Source: Candidatus Eiseniibacteriota bacterium (lineage in GTDB: Bacteria; Eisenbacteria; RBG-16-71-46; CAIMUX01; VGJL01). From it: a DNA stretch of 64,000 nucleotides. Position numbers and translations under genes: made by a program. Location: the NCBI GenBank assembly GCA_041946735.1, contig JBHGAY010000004.1:1-64000 (forward strand), in the 5' to 3' direction. The notes beneath the pieces are model-generated. The model made no database searches, had not been told where the DNA came from, and saw only the letters and a list, made by a program, of their open reading frames with translations. Positions 1 to 10,457 of this stretch are shown here, in pieces. How positions within the stretch are numbered: the stretch's first letter is position 1; each line of letters starts with the position of its first letter.

Positions 1-177
1 GTTTGAGCACGTTCGGGTGAACGAACGCGCAGGTGTAACGCAACGAGACAAAAAGTGTCGAAGTGACACAGAGTGATACAACTGCGCGGACACTCCGTAG
101 GAACGGTCCGCCGCGCGTCCCTCGCGGCTTCTACATTCCCGATGCCGCGACTCGTATGTCTCCGAGGGATGGAGCGC

Positions 178-2391
178 CTACTCCCTCAGCGCCGCCGCCA
201 GCTCCTCCGGCGTCGTCACCGGCGCGCGGCAGGTGAAGCTCGTGCAGACGTAGGCCGCCGGCTTGCCGCCATGCATCGGCTTGTCGCGCAGGCCTTCGAG
301 CGGTGGGGCTTCACGGTCCCCTTCGCCTTGCAGCAGAACCGCGTGCGGCAGGAAGGCGCGGTCGACGACCGCCCGCAACGCCTCCGTAGCCGTCGCCGCC
401 CGCGGTCCCACGATCGCGATTTCGCGCGGCGCGGACAGATGCAGATCCAGCGCGAGCAGGAGCTGGGCGGTCGCTATCGGCGCCGCCTCCATCGTCCCGG
501 CGAACGCACGCAAGATCGCTTCCGCGGGACGCTCCGCTTCCGGCTCGCCGAGGATCCGCGCCAGCCGGATCAGCCCGTAGGCGGCGACCCCGTTCCCCGA
601 CGGCGTCGCCTCGTCCTCGCCCCGCCGCGGCCGCGCGATCAGATCCGGCGCCCCGGCCCGCGTCTCGTACAGAGCGCCGCCCTCCGCCGTACCCGCGCCC
701 ATGCCCGCGCCCGCGCTCTCACCTTCGCTCCCCCCCGCTCCGAACTCCCGCAGCATCGCCTCGCGCAGGCGGCGCGCCTCCTCGATCCAGCGCGCCTCCC
801 CGGTCGCCTCGTACAGGTCGACGAGCGCGGCGAGGAGGTTGGCGTGGTCGGAGAGGAAGGCAGGGACGCTCGCCCGTCCATCCTTGAAGGAATGGAGGAG
901 CCCGCCGGCCGGATCGCGCATCCGTCGCGTCAGGAAGATCGCCGCCTCGGTCGCCGCGTCGAGGTAGCGCGCCGCCACGGCGGAACCCGCGGCGCCCAGC
1001 ACGCTAGCCGCGCCCAGCACGCCCGGCGCACCGAGCACGCGCGCACCACGCGCGAAGGCGCTGATCGCGAGCGCGTTCCAGTCGGTCAGGATCTTCTCGT
1101 CGCGGAACGGCCGCACCCGGGCGTCTCGCGCCTCGCGCAGAATCAGACAGTCCCCTTCGATCGCGCGCCGTGCCTCCTCCTCGCTCACGCCCAGAATCGC
1201 GGCGACCTCAGCGTCCGACTTCCGCCGGTGGAGGATCGAGCGCCCCTCGAAGTTGCCGATCGTGTCGACGTCGAAGATGCGCGCGACGAGAGCCGCCCGC
1301 TCCTCGTCGCCTCCGAGCGCCTCGCGGAGCTGCGGCAGGGTCCACAGGTAGTAGGTCCCTTCCTCCCCCTCGCTGTCCGCGTCGAGCGCGGCGTAGAAGC
1401 CTCCCTCGGGGGCGCGCAGGTCGCGCAGTAGGAAGTCGAGCGTCCCGCGCGCGACCCGCGCGTACGCTTCGTCGCCCGTGACCTGGAACGCCTCGAGGTA
1501 GGCGACCGCGAGGAGCGCGTTGTCATAGAGCATCTTCTCGAAGTGCGGGACCATCCAGCGTTCGTCGGTCGCGTAGCGGTGGAAGCCTCCCCCGATCTGG
1601 TCGTGGATGCCGCCCCACGCCATCCGGTCGAGCGTGACGCGAACAGCGCGCAGCGCCTCGATCCCCTCGCGCGTCCCCTGTATGGACGCGAACAGCCGCA
1701 GCAGCAGACGCAGCGCCGTCGCGTGCGGGAACTTCGGCGCCCCCTTCAGTCCCCCCAGATCGGGATCGAACCGCTCGAGGATGGCTCGCGCCCCGTGCTC
1801 GAGCAGTTCGCGCGAGGGGACTCCCGGCGGCCGGTCCATCTCGGCATAGCGCTTGAGCTGCTGCGCCACCTCCTCCGCCCCGCGCGCCACGTCGTCCGGC
1901 CGCTCGCGGAACGCGATCGAGACCGCGTCGAGCACGCGCGCGAAGCCGGGACGGCCGTAGCGATCGTCAGGCGGGAAGTAGGTGCCGGCGTAGAACGGCT
2001 TCAGGTCGGGCGTCAGGAAGACGCTCATCGGCCATCCCCCCGAGCCGGTCAGCATCTGTACCGCAGTCATGTAGATCTGATCGACGTCGGGCCGCTCTTC
2101 GCGATCGACTTTGACGCTGATGAAGTTCTCGTTCATCCGCCGTGCGATCTCGTCGTTCTCGAACGACTCGCGCTCCATCACATGACACCAGTGACACGAC
2201 GAGTAGCCGACCGAGAGGAAGATCGGGCGGTTCTCGCGACGCGCGCGCTCGATCGCCTCCTCTCCCCACGGGTACCAGTCGACCGGATTGTGCGCATGCT
2301 GCTGGAGGTAGGGGCTCGTCTCGTGGATCAGGCGGTTCGCCGGGCGGGCCTTACGATCGCGTTCCGTGCCGGGCCGGTGCTCGTCGCTCAT
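178..2391 (-). CDS. Thioredoxin-domain / six-hairpin protein (YyaL/SSP411, DUF255 family)
   Basis: N-terminal [85 protein letters not shown]. Confidence 0.93.
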   Translation of the reverse strand: MSDEHRPGTERDRKARPANRLIHETSPYLQQHAHNPVDWYPWGEEAIERARRENRPIFLSVGYSSCHWCHVMERESFENDEIARRMNENFISVKVDREERPDVDQIYMTAVQMLTGSGGWPMSVFLTPDLKPFYAGTYFPPDDRYGRPGFARVLDAVSIAFRERPDDVARGAEEVAQQLKRYAEMDRPPGVPSRELLEHGARAILERFDPDLGGLKGAPKFPHATALRLLLRLFASIQGTREGIEALRAVRVTLDRMAWGGIHDQIGGGFHRYATDERWMVPHFEKMLYDNALLAVAYLEAFQVTGDEAYARVARGTLDFLLRDLRAPEGGFYAALDADSEGEEGTYYLWTLPQLREALGGDEERAALVARIFDVDTIGNFEGRSILHRRKSDAEVAAILGVSEEEARRAIEGDCLILREARDARVRPFRDEKILTDWNALAISAFARGARVLGAPGVLGAASVLGAAGSAVAARYLDAATEAAIFLTRRMRDPAGGLLHSFKDGRASVPAFLSDHANLLAALVDLYEATGEARWIEEARRLREAMLREFGAGGSEGESAGAGMGAGTAEGGALYETRAGAPDLIARPRRGEDEATPSGNGVAAYGLIRLARILGEPEAERPAEAILRAFAGTMEAAPIATAQLLLALDLHLSAPREIAIVGPRAATATEALRAVVDRAFLPHAVLLQGEGDREAPPLEGLRDKPMHGGKPAAYVCTSFTCRAPVTTPEELAAALRE

Positions 2392-2573
2392 GGGGGGACT
2401 CCTCTACGGTCACGGTGGACGGTGGAACGGTGGAACGAACCGGCCACGATAGCACGGCAGGAGGCGCGAGAGGCACGGGAGGCACGGGAGGTGACGGCGT
2501 CCGCGGTATACGCGGTATGCGCGGAAGAGGATCGGCCGAACGGCCCGCCCAGGCGCGCCGGGGGACTCGAACC

Positions 2574-2819
2574 TCAGGCCGTCTTCTTGCTCTCCACGAG
2601 GCGGGCGACGGCGGCGAAGGTCTCGAAGTTCTCCGGCAGGACGTCGGCGTCCTGGATCCGGATCTGGAACGACTGCTCGAGGAAGGAGAGGAAGTCGAGC
2701 ATCCCGATGGAGTCGAAGACGAGATGGACGGGAAGCTCCGCGATCGCCTTGCCCGCCTCGGCGGCGCGCGGGCTGCGGCGGCACGCGTACTCCGCGATGA
2801 TCTGCAACGTGTCGGCCAT
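2574..2819 (-). CDS. Stand-alone acyl carrier protein
   Basis: 81 aa; FDSIGML phosphopantetheine Ser motif followed by LEQSFQIRI...PENF; directly downstream of an adenylation enzyme. Confidence 0.85.
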   Translation of the reverse strand: MADTLQIIAEYACRRSPRAAEAGKAIAELPVHLVFDSIGMLDFLSFLEQSFQIRIQDADVLPENFETFAAVARLVESKKTA

Positions 2820-2846
2820 GCCCCGATTCCCTCTCCTCTCTGGTTC

Positions 2847-4364
2847 CTACGATTCCTTGAGCTTCCTGCGGTCCATCTTCCCGTAGAGCGTGCGCGGCAG
2901 CGCGTCGACGATCGTCACCTCGCGCGGCACCTTGTACGCCGACAGCACGAGGCGGCAGTGCCGCTGCACGTCCCACAGATCGACCTGCGCGCCCGCCTCG
3001 ACGACGATCTTCGCGCAGACCGACTCGCCGGTGACCGGATCGGGCCGCCCGTAGACGCCCGCCTCCGCGATCCCCGGCACCTCGAGCAGCGCGCGCTCGA
3101 CCTCCTCGGGGGAGACCTTCTCGTTGCCCGTGTTGATGATGTTGCTCGACCGTCCCGTCAGCACCAGCTCGCCGCGGGGATCGAGGAAGCCGAGGTCGCC
3201 CGTGTGCAGCCAGCCGTCGCGGATCCTCTGCGCCGTCGTCTCCGGATCGCGCCAGTAGCCTCGCATCAGGCTCGTGCCGGCGACGACCACCTCGCCCACC
3301 TGCTCCGGCCCGGCGACAGGCCGGTCCTCGTCGTCGCGGATCTCGATTCGCGTGCCGTCGACCGCGCGTCCCACCGGATAGAAGCGAGCGGGATCGTCCG
3401 CGCCGCGATCCTCGACCCAGTGGTAGCTGATCCGCGGACCGTTCTCCGTCGCGCCGTACATGTTGACGACGCGCGTTCGCGGGAAGCGCTCGCACAACCG
3501 CGCGACGAGCCTCGCGTCCAGGAACTGCCCGCCCGACATCACATAGCGCACGCTCGAAAGGTCCCAGTCGGCAGGCACGTCGAGCCCGAGCAACATCCGA
3601 AACGACGTCGGATTCGCCGCGATGCCGGTCAGGCGCGCGGTCGCGACCCCCTGCAGGATCGCCATCGGGAAGCGCAGGTAGGTCGGCATCGGCAGGATCG
3701 CTGCGCCCGCGAGCGCGTGCGTGAGGAATTGCGAGACCGCGTAGGCGTAGCAGGTCGGCGTGAAGACGACGGTCGAGTCGCTCGGTCGGAGATCCAGGTA
3801 GGAGGCGACCGCCCGCACGTTCGCCGACAGCCCCCGCTCGGTCAGGATCACCCCCTTCGGCGATCCGGTCGTCCCGCTCGTATAGATGATCACCGCGTCG
3901 CCCGGATCGGACGGCGGGGCGTCCTCGCCCGCCGCGTAGCGGTAAAGCTTGCCGCCGACCGGCGGGCACGCCTCCTCGGCGACCGGCGTCTCGCCCACGG
4001 CCGGCTCCGCGCCGCCCGCCAGGATCCATCCCGGCTGCGCGTGCGCGAAGATCCGCCGCTGCTCGGTCGGCGTCCAGCTCGTCCCGAACAGGACGGTCGT
4101 CGCTCCGGCCGCGCGCACGGCAAGAAGCGCGGCGAGATACCCCGCGCCGGGATCGGCCGACACGCCGATCCGCGCGCCCGGCCCCGCGCCCGCCTCGCGC
4201 AACCGCGCCGCGAGGTCCGCCACTTCGTCGCGCAGGGCGCCGTAGGTCAGTGGCGCGCGCCCGACGATCGCGAGGGCATCGTCGTCACCGTGCCGAGCGA
4301 GGATCTCCTCGAAGACGCTGGCCGCGGCCTCGCGCGGTCCCTTCGATCCCACCACCTCGATCAT
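2847..4364 (-). CDS. Class I adenylate-forming enzyme (acyl-AMP / acyl-ACP ligase)
   Basis: YTSGTTGSPKG, YGATE, WLHTGDLG, GR, YKVP motifs; ATG at 4364 overlaps upstream stop (ATGA). Confidence 0.9.
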   Translation of the reverse strand: MIEVVGSKGPREAAASVFEEILARHGDDDALAIVGRAPLTYGALRDEVADLAARLREAGAGPGARIGVSADPGAGYLAALLAVRAAGATTVLFGTSWTPTEQRRIFAHAQPGWILAGGAEPAVGETPVAEEACPPVGGKLYRYAAGEDAPPSDPGDAVIIYTSGTTGSPKGVILTERGLSANVRAVASYLDLRPSDSTVVFTPTCYAYAVSQFLTHALAGAAILPMPTYLRFPMAILQGVATARLTGIAANPTSFRMLLGLDVPADWDLSSVRYVMSGGQFLDARLVARLCERFPRTRVVNMYGATENGPRISYHWVEDRGADDPARFYPVGRAVDGTRIEIRDDEDRPVAGPEQVGEVVVAGTSLMRGYWRDPETTAQRIRDGWLHTGDLGFLDPRGELVLTGRSSNIINTGNEKVSPEEVERALLEVPGIAEAGVYGRPDPVTGESVCAKIVVEAGAQVDLWDVQRHCRLVLSAYKVPREVTIVDALPRTLYGKMDRRKLKES

Positions 4365-5038
4365 GGGTAGCGCACCTCGATGGGCGCCTGCAGCCGGATG
4401 ACGCGCCCGGGGTTGCCGATCACGAAGGCATGGTCCGGAATGTCCTGCAGGACGACCGTCCCGGCCGCGAGCTGCACGTTCTCGCCGATCGCGACGCCGC
4501 CCGAGCGGATCACGCATCCGACTCCGCAGGCGAAGTTCGGCCCGATTCGGGTCGTCGAGCCGATCGTCGTGCCGCCGCCGATCACGCAGTTCTCGCCGAT
4601 CGTGACGTCGTGCAGCACGTTCACGCCGCTGCCGACGAAGGCGTAGCGCTCGATCTTGACATTGTTCAGGATCACGGTGCCGAAGGAGACGAGCGATCCC
4701 TCGCCGATCTCGAGGTCCGAGGCGGCGACGACCGAAGGCTCGAGGATCGTGACCGCTTCCATCCCGGCGCGGCGGATCAGCTCGAACATCCCCAGGCGAA
4801 GTCCGAGCGGTCCGAGCACCGGGATCGCGCCGGTCACGCCCTGCTCGCGCAGCTCGGCGAGCTTCTCGAAGCCGCCGAGGACCGGCAGATCGTAGTAGAC
4901 CTTGCCGTGCTTCTCGCGATCGCCGTCCAGGTAGCCGACGCATCGATAGCGCGGAACGCGGCGGAGGATCTCGCCCAGCAGGCGCGCCGACTGCCCGGCG
5001 CAGAGGATGACGATCCGTTGCGGTTGCGGCTCGGCCAT
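4361..5038 (-). CDS. NeuD/PglD-family hexapeptide-repeat sugar N/O-acyltransferase
   Basis: N-terminal Rossmann-like IVILCAGQSAR...VGYLD, left-handed beta-helix hexapeptides, VLHDVTIG, GNPGRVI; start MAEPQ at 5038. Confidence 0.82.
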   Translation of the reverse strand: MAEPQPQRIVILCAGQSARLLGEILRRVPRYRCVGYLDGDREKHGKVYYDLPVLGGFEKLAELREQGVTGAIPVLGPLGLRLGMFELIRRAGMEAVTILEPSVVAASDLEIGEGSLVSFGTVILNNVKIERYAFVGSGVNVLHDVTIGENCVIGGGTTIGSTTRIGPNFACGVGCVIRSGGVAIGENVQLAAGTVVLQDIPDHAFVIGNPGRVIRLQAPIEVRYP

Positions 5039-5043
5039 CGCGA

Positions 5044-6720
5044 TCAGGCCCCCTGGCGCGCCGGCCCGCCGCCGTCGGGCGCCGGGTCCGCTCCTCCTCC
5101 GGCTCGCGCGATCGCGTCCTTCAGGCTTCCGCGCTCGTGCAGGATCGCGCTCTCGAGCCCCTCCACCAGACACTGCCAGATCGCGCTGTCGAGGTCGGTC
5201 GACACGGCGACCGTGCCCCACTTCCGCGTGCCGTCGGTGAGCTGGACGGAGACGCGCACGCGATGACCTTTCTCCTTCCGCGTATGGATGAAGTGCGACT
5301 TGAAGTCGTCGACCGTGAACGAGCGGACGACCGGGTAGTCGGTCTCGAGCGCCGCCACGAGCGCGGCGAACGTCGTGTGGACGGGGCCGAGGCCGGCCGC
5401 TTCGCCGCGCCGCTGCGTGCCGCCGACCGAAAGCTCGACCTCCGAGCGCGTGACGGAGGAGTTGCCGTGGCGGCTCTCGTTTGTGACGCAGCACCGCTCG
5501 ACCTGAAACGGCGCCTCGTAGAGACCGAGGTGCTTGCGCACGATCAGCTCGAAGCTCGCCTCGGCCGTCTCGAAGACGTACCCCTCGTTCTCGAGATCCA
5601 TCACGCGATCGAGGATCTGCTTGAGGAGCGCCTTGTCCGAGCTCTTCTGGCCGAGCATCTGCGTGATCTTCTCCTGCACGTTGCTCGTGCCCGACAGCTC
5701 GCTGATCAGCATGTGGCGGTCGTTGCCGACCGACTCGGGCGGCACGTGCTCGTAGGTCGTCACGTTCTTCAGGACGGCGTGCACGTGCATCCCGCCCTTG
5801 TGCGTGAACGCGGCGGGACCGACGTACGGCTGGTGGACCTGCGGCGTCAAGCTGGCCGCCTCGTTGACGAAGCGGCTGACCGCCACGAGCTTCTTCAGGC
5901 TCTCGGGGCCTTGCAGGACGTGGTAGCCGAGCTTGAGCGAGAGGTTCGCGACGACGGCGATCAGGTCGACGTTGCCGCACCGCTCGCCGACCCCGTTGAT
6001 CGTCCCCTGGACCTGCCGCGCCCCGTGCTGCACCGACTTCAGCGCGTTCGCGACGGCGACGCCGGAGTCGTTGTGCAAGTGGACGCCGACCGCCACGCCG
6101 GGGATCGCCGCCTGCACGGCGTCGACGATCTCCGCCATCTCGTCAGGGAGGGTTCCGCCGTTGGTGTCGCAGAGGCAGAGCAGGCGCGCTCCCGCGTTCG
6201 CCGCCGACCGCAAGGTCGAGATCGCGTAGTCGGCGTTGCGCTTCCAGCCGTCGAAGAATTGCTCGGCGTCGTAGATCACCTCGCGCCCGTGCGAAACGAG
6301 GAAGGCGACGCTCTCGCCGATCATGGCGAGGTTCTCGTCCGTGGTGACCTGGAGGACTTCGCGCACGTGCAGATCGCTCGTCTTGCCGACGAGCGCGATC
6401 GTCTCCGCCTGCGAGTCGAGGAGCGCGATCATCCCGGGATCCTCGGAGGCGGGGATCCCGCGGCGGCGCGTCATGCCGAACGCGGAGAGCTTTGCGTGGC
6501 GCAGCGGGACCTTGCGGATCTCCCGGAAGAAGGCGACGTCCTTGGGATTCGAGAGTGGGTAGCCTCCCTCGATGTAGTCGACCCCGAGATCGTCGAGCTT
6601 CGAGGCGATGGCCAACTTGTCCTCGAGCGAGAGGTTGAAGCCGAGCCCCTGCGTCCCGTCGCGAAGCGTGGTGTCGTAGATCTCGATCCGGCGGCCTTCC
6701 TGGCGATGGAGACTGGACAT
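5044..6720 (-). CDS. cimA: Citramalate synthase / alpha-isopropylmalate synthase family enzyme
   Basis: IEIYDTTLRDGTQG, YDAEQFFDG, LCDTNGG, HLHNDSG, GTINGVGERCGN, HKGGMH; C-terminal regulatory domain. Confidence 0.85.
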   Translation of the reverse strand: MSSLHRQEGRRIEIYDTTLRDGTQGLGFNLSLEDKLAIASKLDDLGVDYIEGGYPLSNPKDVAFFREIRKVPLRHAKLSAFGMTRRRGIPASEDPGMIALLDSQAETIALVGKTSDLHVREVLQVTTDENLAMIGESVAFLVSHGREVIYDAEQFFDGWKRNADYAISTLRSAANAGARLLCLCDTNGGTLPDEMAEIVDAVQAAIPGVAVGVHLHNDSGVAVANALKSVQHGARQVQGTINGVGERCGNVDLIAVVANLSLKLGYHVLQGPESLKKLVAVSRFVNEAASLTPQVHQPYVGPAAFTHKGGMHVHAVLKNVTTYEHVPPESVGNDRHMLISELSGTSNVQEKITQMLGQKSSDKALLKQILDRVMDLENEGYVFETAEASFELIVRKHLGLYEAPFQVERCCVTNESRHGNSSVTRSEVELSVGGTQRRGEAAGLGPVHTTFAALVAALETDYPVVRSFTVDDFKSHFIHTRKEKGHRVRVSVQLTDGTRKWGTVAVSTDLDSAIWQCLVEGLESAILHERGSLKDAIARAGGGADPAPDGGGPARQGA

Positions 6721-6926
6721 GGCGATCCTCGCTTCTGGCTCACCCCGGCTCGCGGCCGGGAGCCGACTTGGCGGACCAAATCCTTTTCCACCTATCGTTT
6801 CGGCACGGCTTTGTGGTTCCTGAACAACCCGCCCTCGCGGACGTGCCTCGCTCGCGTGGATACCGGGAACGTACAAGGCTCCGAGGCGATCTTCCAGCCC
6901 CCCTTTGCCCTATAGTCCGTTACGAA

Positions 6927-8084
6927 GTGGACACCTCGACGGCGGGAACCCTCATCCGGATCCAGGTCTTCGAGCAGGGGATCCGGATCGAGCCGGCGGG
7001 CCTGTGGTGCGATCCGTGGGAGACGCGCTCCCTCGCCTACGTCAGCCACGCCCATGGCGACCACGCGCGCGCCGGACACGGGCTTACGCTCGCTTCCGCC
7101 GCCACCGCGGACCTGATGATCGCGCGCGGCGCGGATGGACCCTTCGTGCGGCTCGACCTCGCGGCGCCACGAGCATGCGGCGATCCCCCGGAGCAGCTCG
7201 AGCTGCTGGATGGACGGGACCCGTCCCGGCCGAGGGCGCGAGGCAGCCCGAGCGCGGCTCCGCCACCCTTTCCCGCCGGACTGCGACGCGGCGACGGCGA
7301 AGGCGACGGCGGCGGCGGCGCCTGGCGGCTCGAGGACGCCGGCCTCGAGGTCTTTTCGGCCGGGCACGTCCTCGGCAGCACGTCGCTGCGCGTCACCTTC
7401 CCCGAAGGTCGGCTCGCGCTCTCCGGGGACTTCAAGCTCCGCGCTTCGCTCACCTGCGATCCCGTCACGATCCCCGCGTGCGATCTGCTCGTCATGGAAT
7501 CGACATACGGGCTTCCGATCTTCCGTTTCCCCCCCGAGGAGGAGGTGCGTGGGAGGATCGTCGAGACGGCGCGCGAATCGATCGCGCGCGGCGAGGTGCC
7601 GGTGTTTCTCGGCTACGGTGTCGGGCGCGGGCCGGAGATCGTCGCGATCCTCGAACGCGCCGGGATCCCGGCTGCGGTGCACCGGTCGATGATCCCGATC
7701 CTCGAGGTGTATGCGCGCCACGGCCATCGCTTCTCGCTCGCGAGGCCGCTGCGCGCGCGAGCGCTCGGCGGGCGCGCGGTCGTGATCCCGATCGGGGCGC
7801 GGGAGAGCCGCATCATCCGCGACCTGCCGCGACGCCGCATCGCCTACGTGTCCGGGTGGGCCGTTCTCGATCCCATGCGAAGGATGGTCGAAGCCGACGT
7901 GTCGATCCCCATGAGCGATCACGCCGGCTTCGACGATCTTCTCGCGTACGTCGAGGCGAGCGGGGCGCGGAGGGTGCTGGTCACGCACGGCTATGCGGAG
8001 GAGTTCGCCGAGACGCTGCGCGCGCGTGGATGCCGGGCGCAGGCGCTCCGTCCCGGCGACCGGATCGAGATTCCCGCTCGCTAA
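6927..8084 (+). CDS. MBL-fold beta-CASP nuclease (ligase-associated DNA damage response exonuclease-like)
   Basis: SHAHGDH, AGHVLGS, SGDFK, MESTYGLPIFRFP, SGWA, MSDHAGF, VTHG; GTG start at 6927 is a guess. Confidence 0.82.
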   Translation: MDTSTAGTLIRIQVFEQGIRIEPAGLWCDPWETRSLAYVSHAHGDHARAGHGLTLASAATADLMIARGADGPFVRLDLAAPRACGDPPEQLELLDGRDPSRPRARGSPSAAPPPFPAGLRRGDGEGDGGGGAWRLEDAGLEVFSAGHVLGSTSLRVTFPEGRLALSGDFKLRASLTCDPVTIPACDLLVMESTYGLPIFRFPPEEEVRGRIVETARESIARGEVPVFLGYGVGRGPEIVAILERAGIPAAVHRSMIPILEVYARHGHRFSLARPLRARALGGRAVVIPIGARESRIIRDLPRRRIAYVSGWAVLDPMRRMVEADVSIPMSDHAGFDDLLAYVEASGARRVLVTHGYAEEFAETLRARGCRAQALRPGDRIEIPAR

Positions 8085-8152
8085 CGGCCGGGCGGCGATC
8101 CCCGGCCGGCAAGAGGCACAAGGGCCTGAAACTACTGGAGCAGGAGCAGAAG

Positions 8153-9145
8153 ATGCCGGCGAATCTGACCCCTCAGTACCAGGCTGCCGAGGAGCGCTAC
8201 CGCAAGGCGGAGACGCTGGAAGAGAAGATCGAGGCGCTGCGCGAGATGCTCGCCTTGATCCCCAAGCACAAGGGGACGGAGAAGCTCCAGGCGGACATCA
8301 AGCGCCGCCTCTCGAAGTGCCAGGAGGAGCAGGACCAGCGCCGCCGCTCCGGGGGGCATCGTCACGATCCGGGGCACATCGCTCGCGAGGGGGCGGGGCA
8401 GATCGCGATGATCGGACCGCCGAACTCCGGGAAGTCCTCGCTTCTCGCGCTGCTCACGCACGCGCACCCCGAGATCGCCGACTATCCCTTCACGACTCAC
8501 GCCCCTCAACCCGGCATGATGCCGTACGAGGACGTGCAGGTGCAGCTGATCGACACGCCGCCGCTCGCTCCCGAGCCGTTCGATCCGCTGCTCGTCAACG
8601 TCGCGCGCAACGCGGACGCCGACCTGCTCGTGGTCGACCCCGGCGATCCGGAGGCGCCGGCGCAGGCGGAGACGATCGTGAGGTTCCTTGCCCGCTGCCG
8701 GATCGTGCCTCGAGGCCGGCCCGTCCCGGAGGAGCTGCAGATCTCGGGGCGGACGCTGCCGGTGCTGCTCGCCGAGACGAAGTGCGACCGGCCGCGCGAT
8801 GCGGTGGCAACGGCGGCAGTGCGGGCGATTCTCGGCGAGGATCTCCCGCGCCTCGACCTCTCGGCGGTGTCGCTCGAAGGGGTCGAGGAGCTGCGACGGC
8901 TGCTCTACGGAAGCCTCGGGATCCTACGCGTCTATGCAAAGGAGCCGGGAAAAAAGGCGGACATGGCGCGGCCGTTCGTGATGCGCCGGGGAGCGACGGT
9001 CTTCGATCTCGCCGAGATCATCCACAAAGACCTGGCCGCGCACTTCCGTTTTGCGCGTATCTGGGGGTCGGCCCGCTACGACGGTCAGTCGGTCGAGAGG
9101 AACCACCCGCTCGAGGACCGGGACATCGTCGAGATCCACGCCTGA
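8153..9145 (+). CDS. DRG/OBG-family GTPase with C-terminal TGS domain
   Basis: MPANLTPQY...IPKHKGTEKL, GPPNSGKS, ADYPFTT, QLIDTP, TKCD, TGS tail IHKDL...ARIWG...DRDIVEIH. Confidence 0.88.
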   Translation: MPANLTPQYQAAEERYRKAETLEEKIEALREMLALIPKHKGTEKLQADIKRRLSKCQEEQDQRRRSGGHRHDPGHIAREGAGQIAMIGPPNSGKSSLLALLTHAHPEIADYPFTTHAPQPGMMPYEDVQVQLIDTPPLAPEPFDPLLVNVARNADADLLVVDPGDPEAPAQAETIVRFLARCRIVPRGRPVPEELQISGRTLPVLLAETKCDRPRDAVATAAVRAILGEDLPRLDLSAVSLEGVEELRRLLYGSLGILRVYAKEPGKKADMARPFVMRRGATVFDLAEIIHKDLAAHFRFARIWGSARYDGQSVERNHPLEDRDIVEIHA

Positions 9146-9211
9146 GGGGCGGACGGCGAGCGGGCGGCAGCGGGAGCGGCGCGGGGCAGCCGCACACGCC
9201 GCCCGGCGCTC

Positions 9212-10051
9212 CTACTGGCCCTGTCCGCGCGCAGGCTGAGAGCCGCCGGCCATTCCTTCGAAGGGGACGACGGGGCGCCCCGGCTCGTAGGAGTCGAGCT
9301 GAAGCTCGAGGTGCCCGAGGACGGGCAGGCGCGAGCGCATCTGGACCAGGATCCGGCGTGGATCGTCCGAGAAGAAGAGCTCCGCCTCGCCTCCCTCGCC
9401 GAAGAGGCCGCCGGTGCGAATCGTGGGGCGCACGACGATCGTGTCGAAGGTGCCCATCGGCACCTTCACGCGCTCGCGCCTCACGACTTGCAGAATCACC
9501 GGATTGCCTTCCGCTCGGTAGTAGCGGTCGAGCGTGTAGGTCTGGCCGACCTGCAGGGGCAGGGTGCGCGCAAAGTAGACGAACGAGACGTCGTCTAGCG
9601 GCATCTTGGTGGCGAGCGGTCCCTGGTCCTGGCCGTCGGAACGCATCCAGAGGTCGCGCTCGGGGAAGAAGTCGAGGATCCGGTGGCGCTTGTAGCGGAC
9701 CTCCTTCTGATCCTGCTCGAAGCGGCGCGCGAAGAGCGTCTCGACGTCCATCCAGGACTGGAGCTTCGTGTCGACGTGGGCGAAGGGGATCCCGCCCTCG
9801 ACGGCGAAGCGCAGCCGGTAGGTGAGATGCCCGTGCACCTTCTCGATACCGGCGACCTCCATCGAGCCGCGGCCCCTGCCGCCCAGGATCCCTACGTTGA
9901 CCCGGTAGCCGAGCTTCTCGCCAGGGCCGAAGGGTACCGGCGCGTAGGTGACCGGCTCTTGCGCGGCAGCGGGAAGTGGGGCGAGGGCGGCGAGAAGGAG
10001 CAAGGCGAGGACGGGGTGTGGGCGTCCGCGCGGCGGCTTCCGAAGCTTCAT
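9212..10051 (-). CDS. Exported DUF3108-like protein
   Basis: Signal peptide, PFGPGEKLGY, PLDDVSFVYFAR, ERVKVPMGTFDT, FSDDPRRILV. Confidence 0.75.
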   Translation of the reverse strand: MKLRKPPRGRPHPVLALLLLAALAPLPAAAQEPVTYAPVPFGPGEKLGYRVNVGILGGRGRGSMEVAGIEKVHGHLTYRLRFAVEGGIPFAHVDTKLQSWMDVETLFARRFEQDQKEVRYKRHRILDFFPERDLWMRSDGQDQGPLATKMPLDDVSFVYFARTLPLQVGQTYTLDRYYRAEGNPVILQVVRRERVKVPMGTFDTIVVRPTIRTGGLFGEGGEAELFFSDDPRRILVQMRSRLPVLGHLELQLDSYEPGRPVVPFEGMAGGSQPARGQGQ

Positions 10052-10165
10052 GGCGGTTCCTTTCCGGTTCTTCCCGACTCTCGTTCAGACCGAGAACCCC
10101 CGAAGGACGGCGAGGGTTCGATCGGCCCGCCCTCGGGGAGAAGGGTAACTGCTGAGCGACCGTCC

Positions 10166-10268
10166 GCGCCCCCCCATTGCGACCGCCGCATGGGGGGCGC
10201 CGCCCCGAACTCCTCTGCGTCCTTCGCGTCCTTCGCGTCCTTTGCGCCCCTTTGCGCCCTTCGCGTCG
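10166..10268. repeat. GC hairpin followed by 9-10 nt period tandem repeats (CTTCGCGTC-like)
   Basis: gcgccccccc...ggggggcgc stem at 10166-10200, then ctctgcgtc cttcgcgtc cttcgcgtc ctttgcgcc... Confidence 0.7.
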
Positions 10269-10457
10269 CGTGGCGAGCTGCGATGGCGAGCTGCGATCGG
10301 GCCCCGGCGGGCGCGGCGCTTGGATCGAAGGTACCTGACGAATTATCATTGAGATCGACGCTCGCCCAAGGGTGCGGGCCGACAGCACGAGCCACCGCCC
10401 GGGCCGACACCATGAGCCACCCGGGCCGACACCACGAGCCACCATGGAGGATTCGAG

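Noticed and set aside
40..80. Overlapping GACA/TGTC dyads in an AT-richer patch at the window start
   Set aside because: Could be a regulator site but the regulated gene is outside the window; too short to support
6905..8152. Apparent nuclease-GTPase fusion or long GTPase extension
   Set aside because: The nuclease is in another frame with its own stop at 8084; the GTPase starts at 8153
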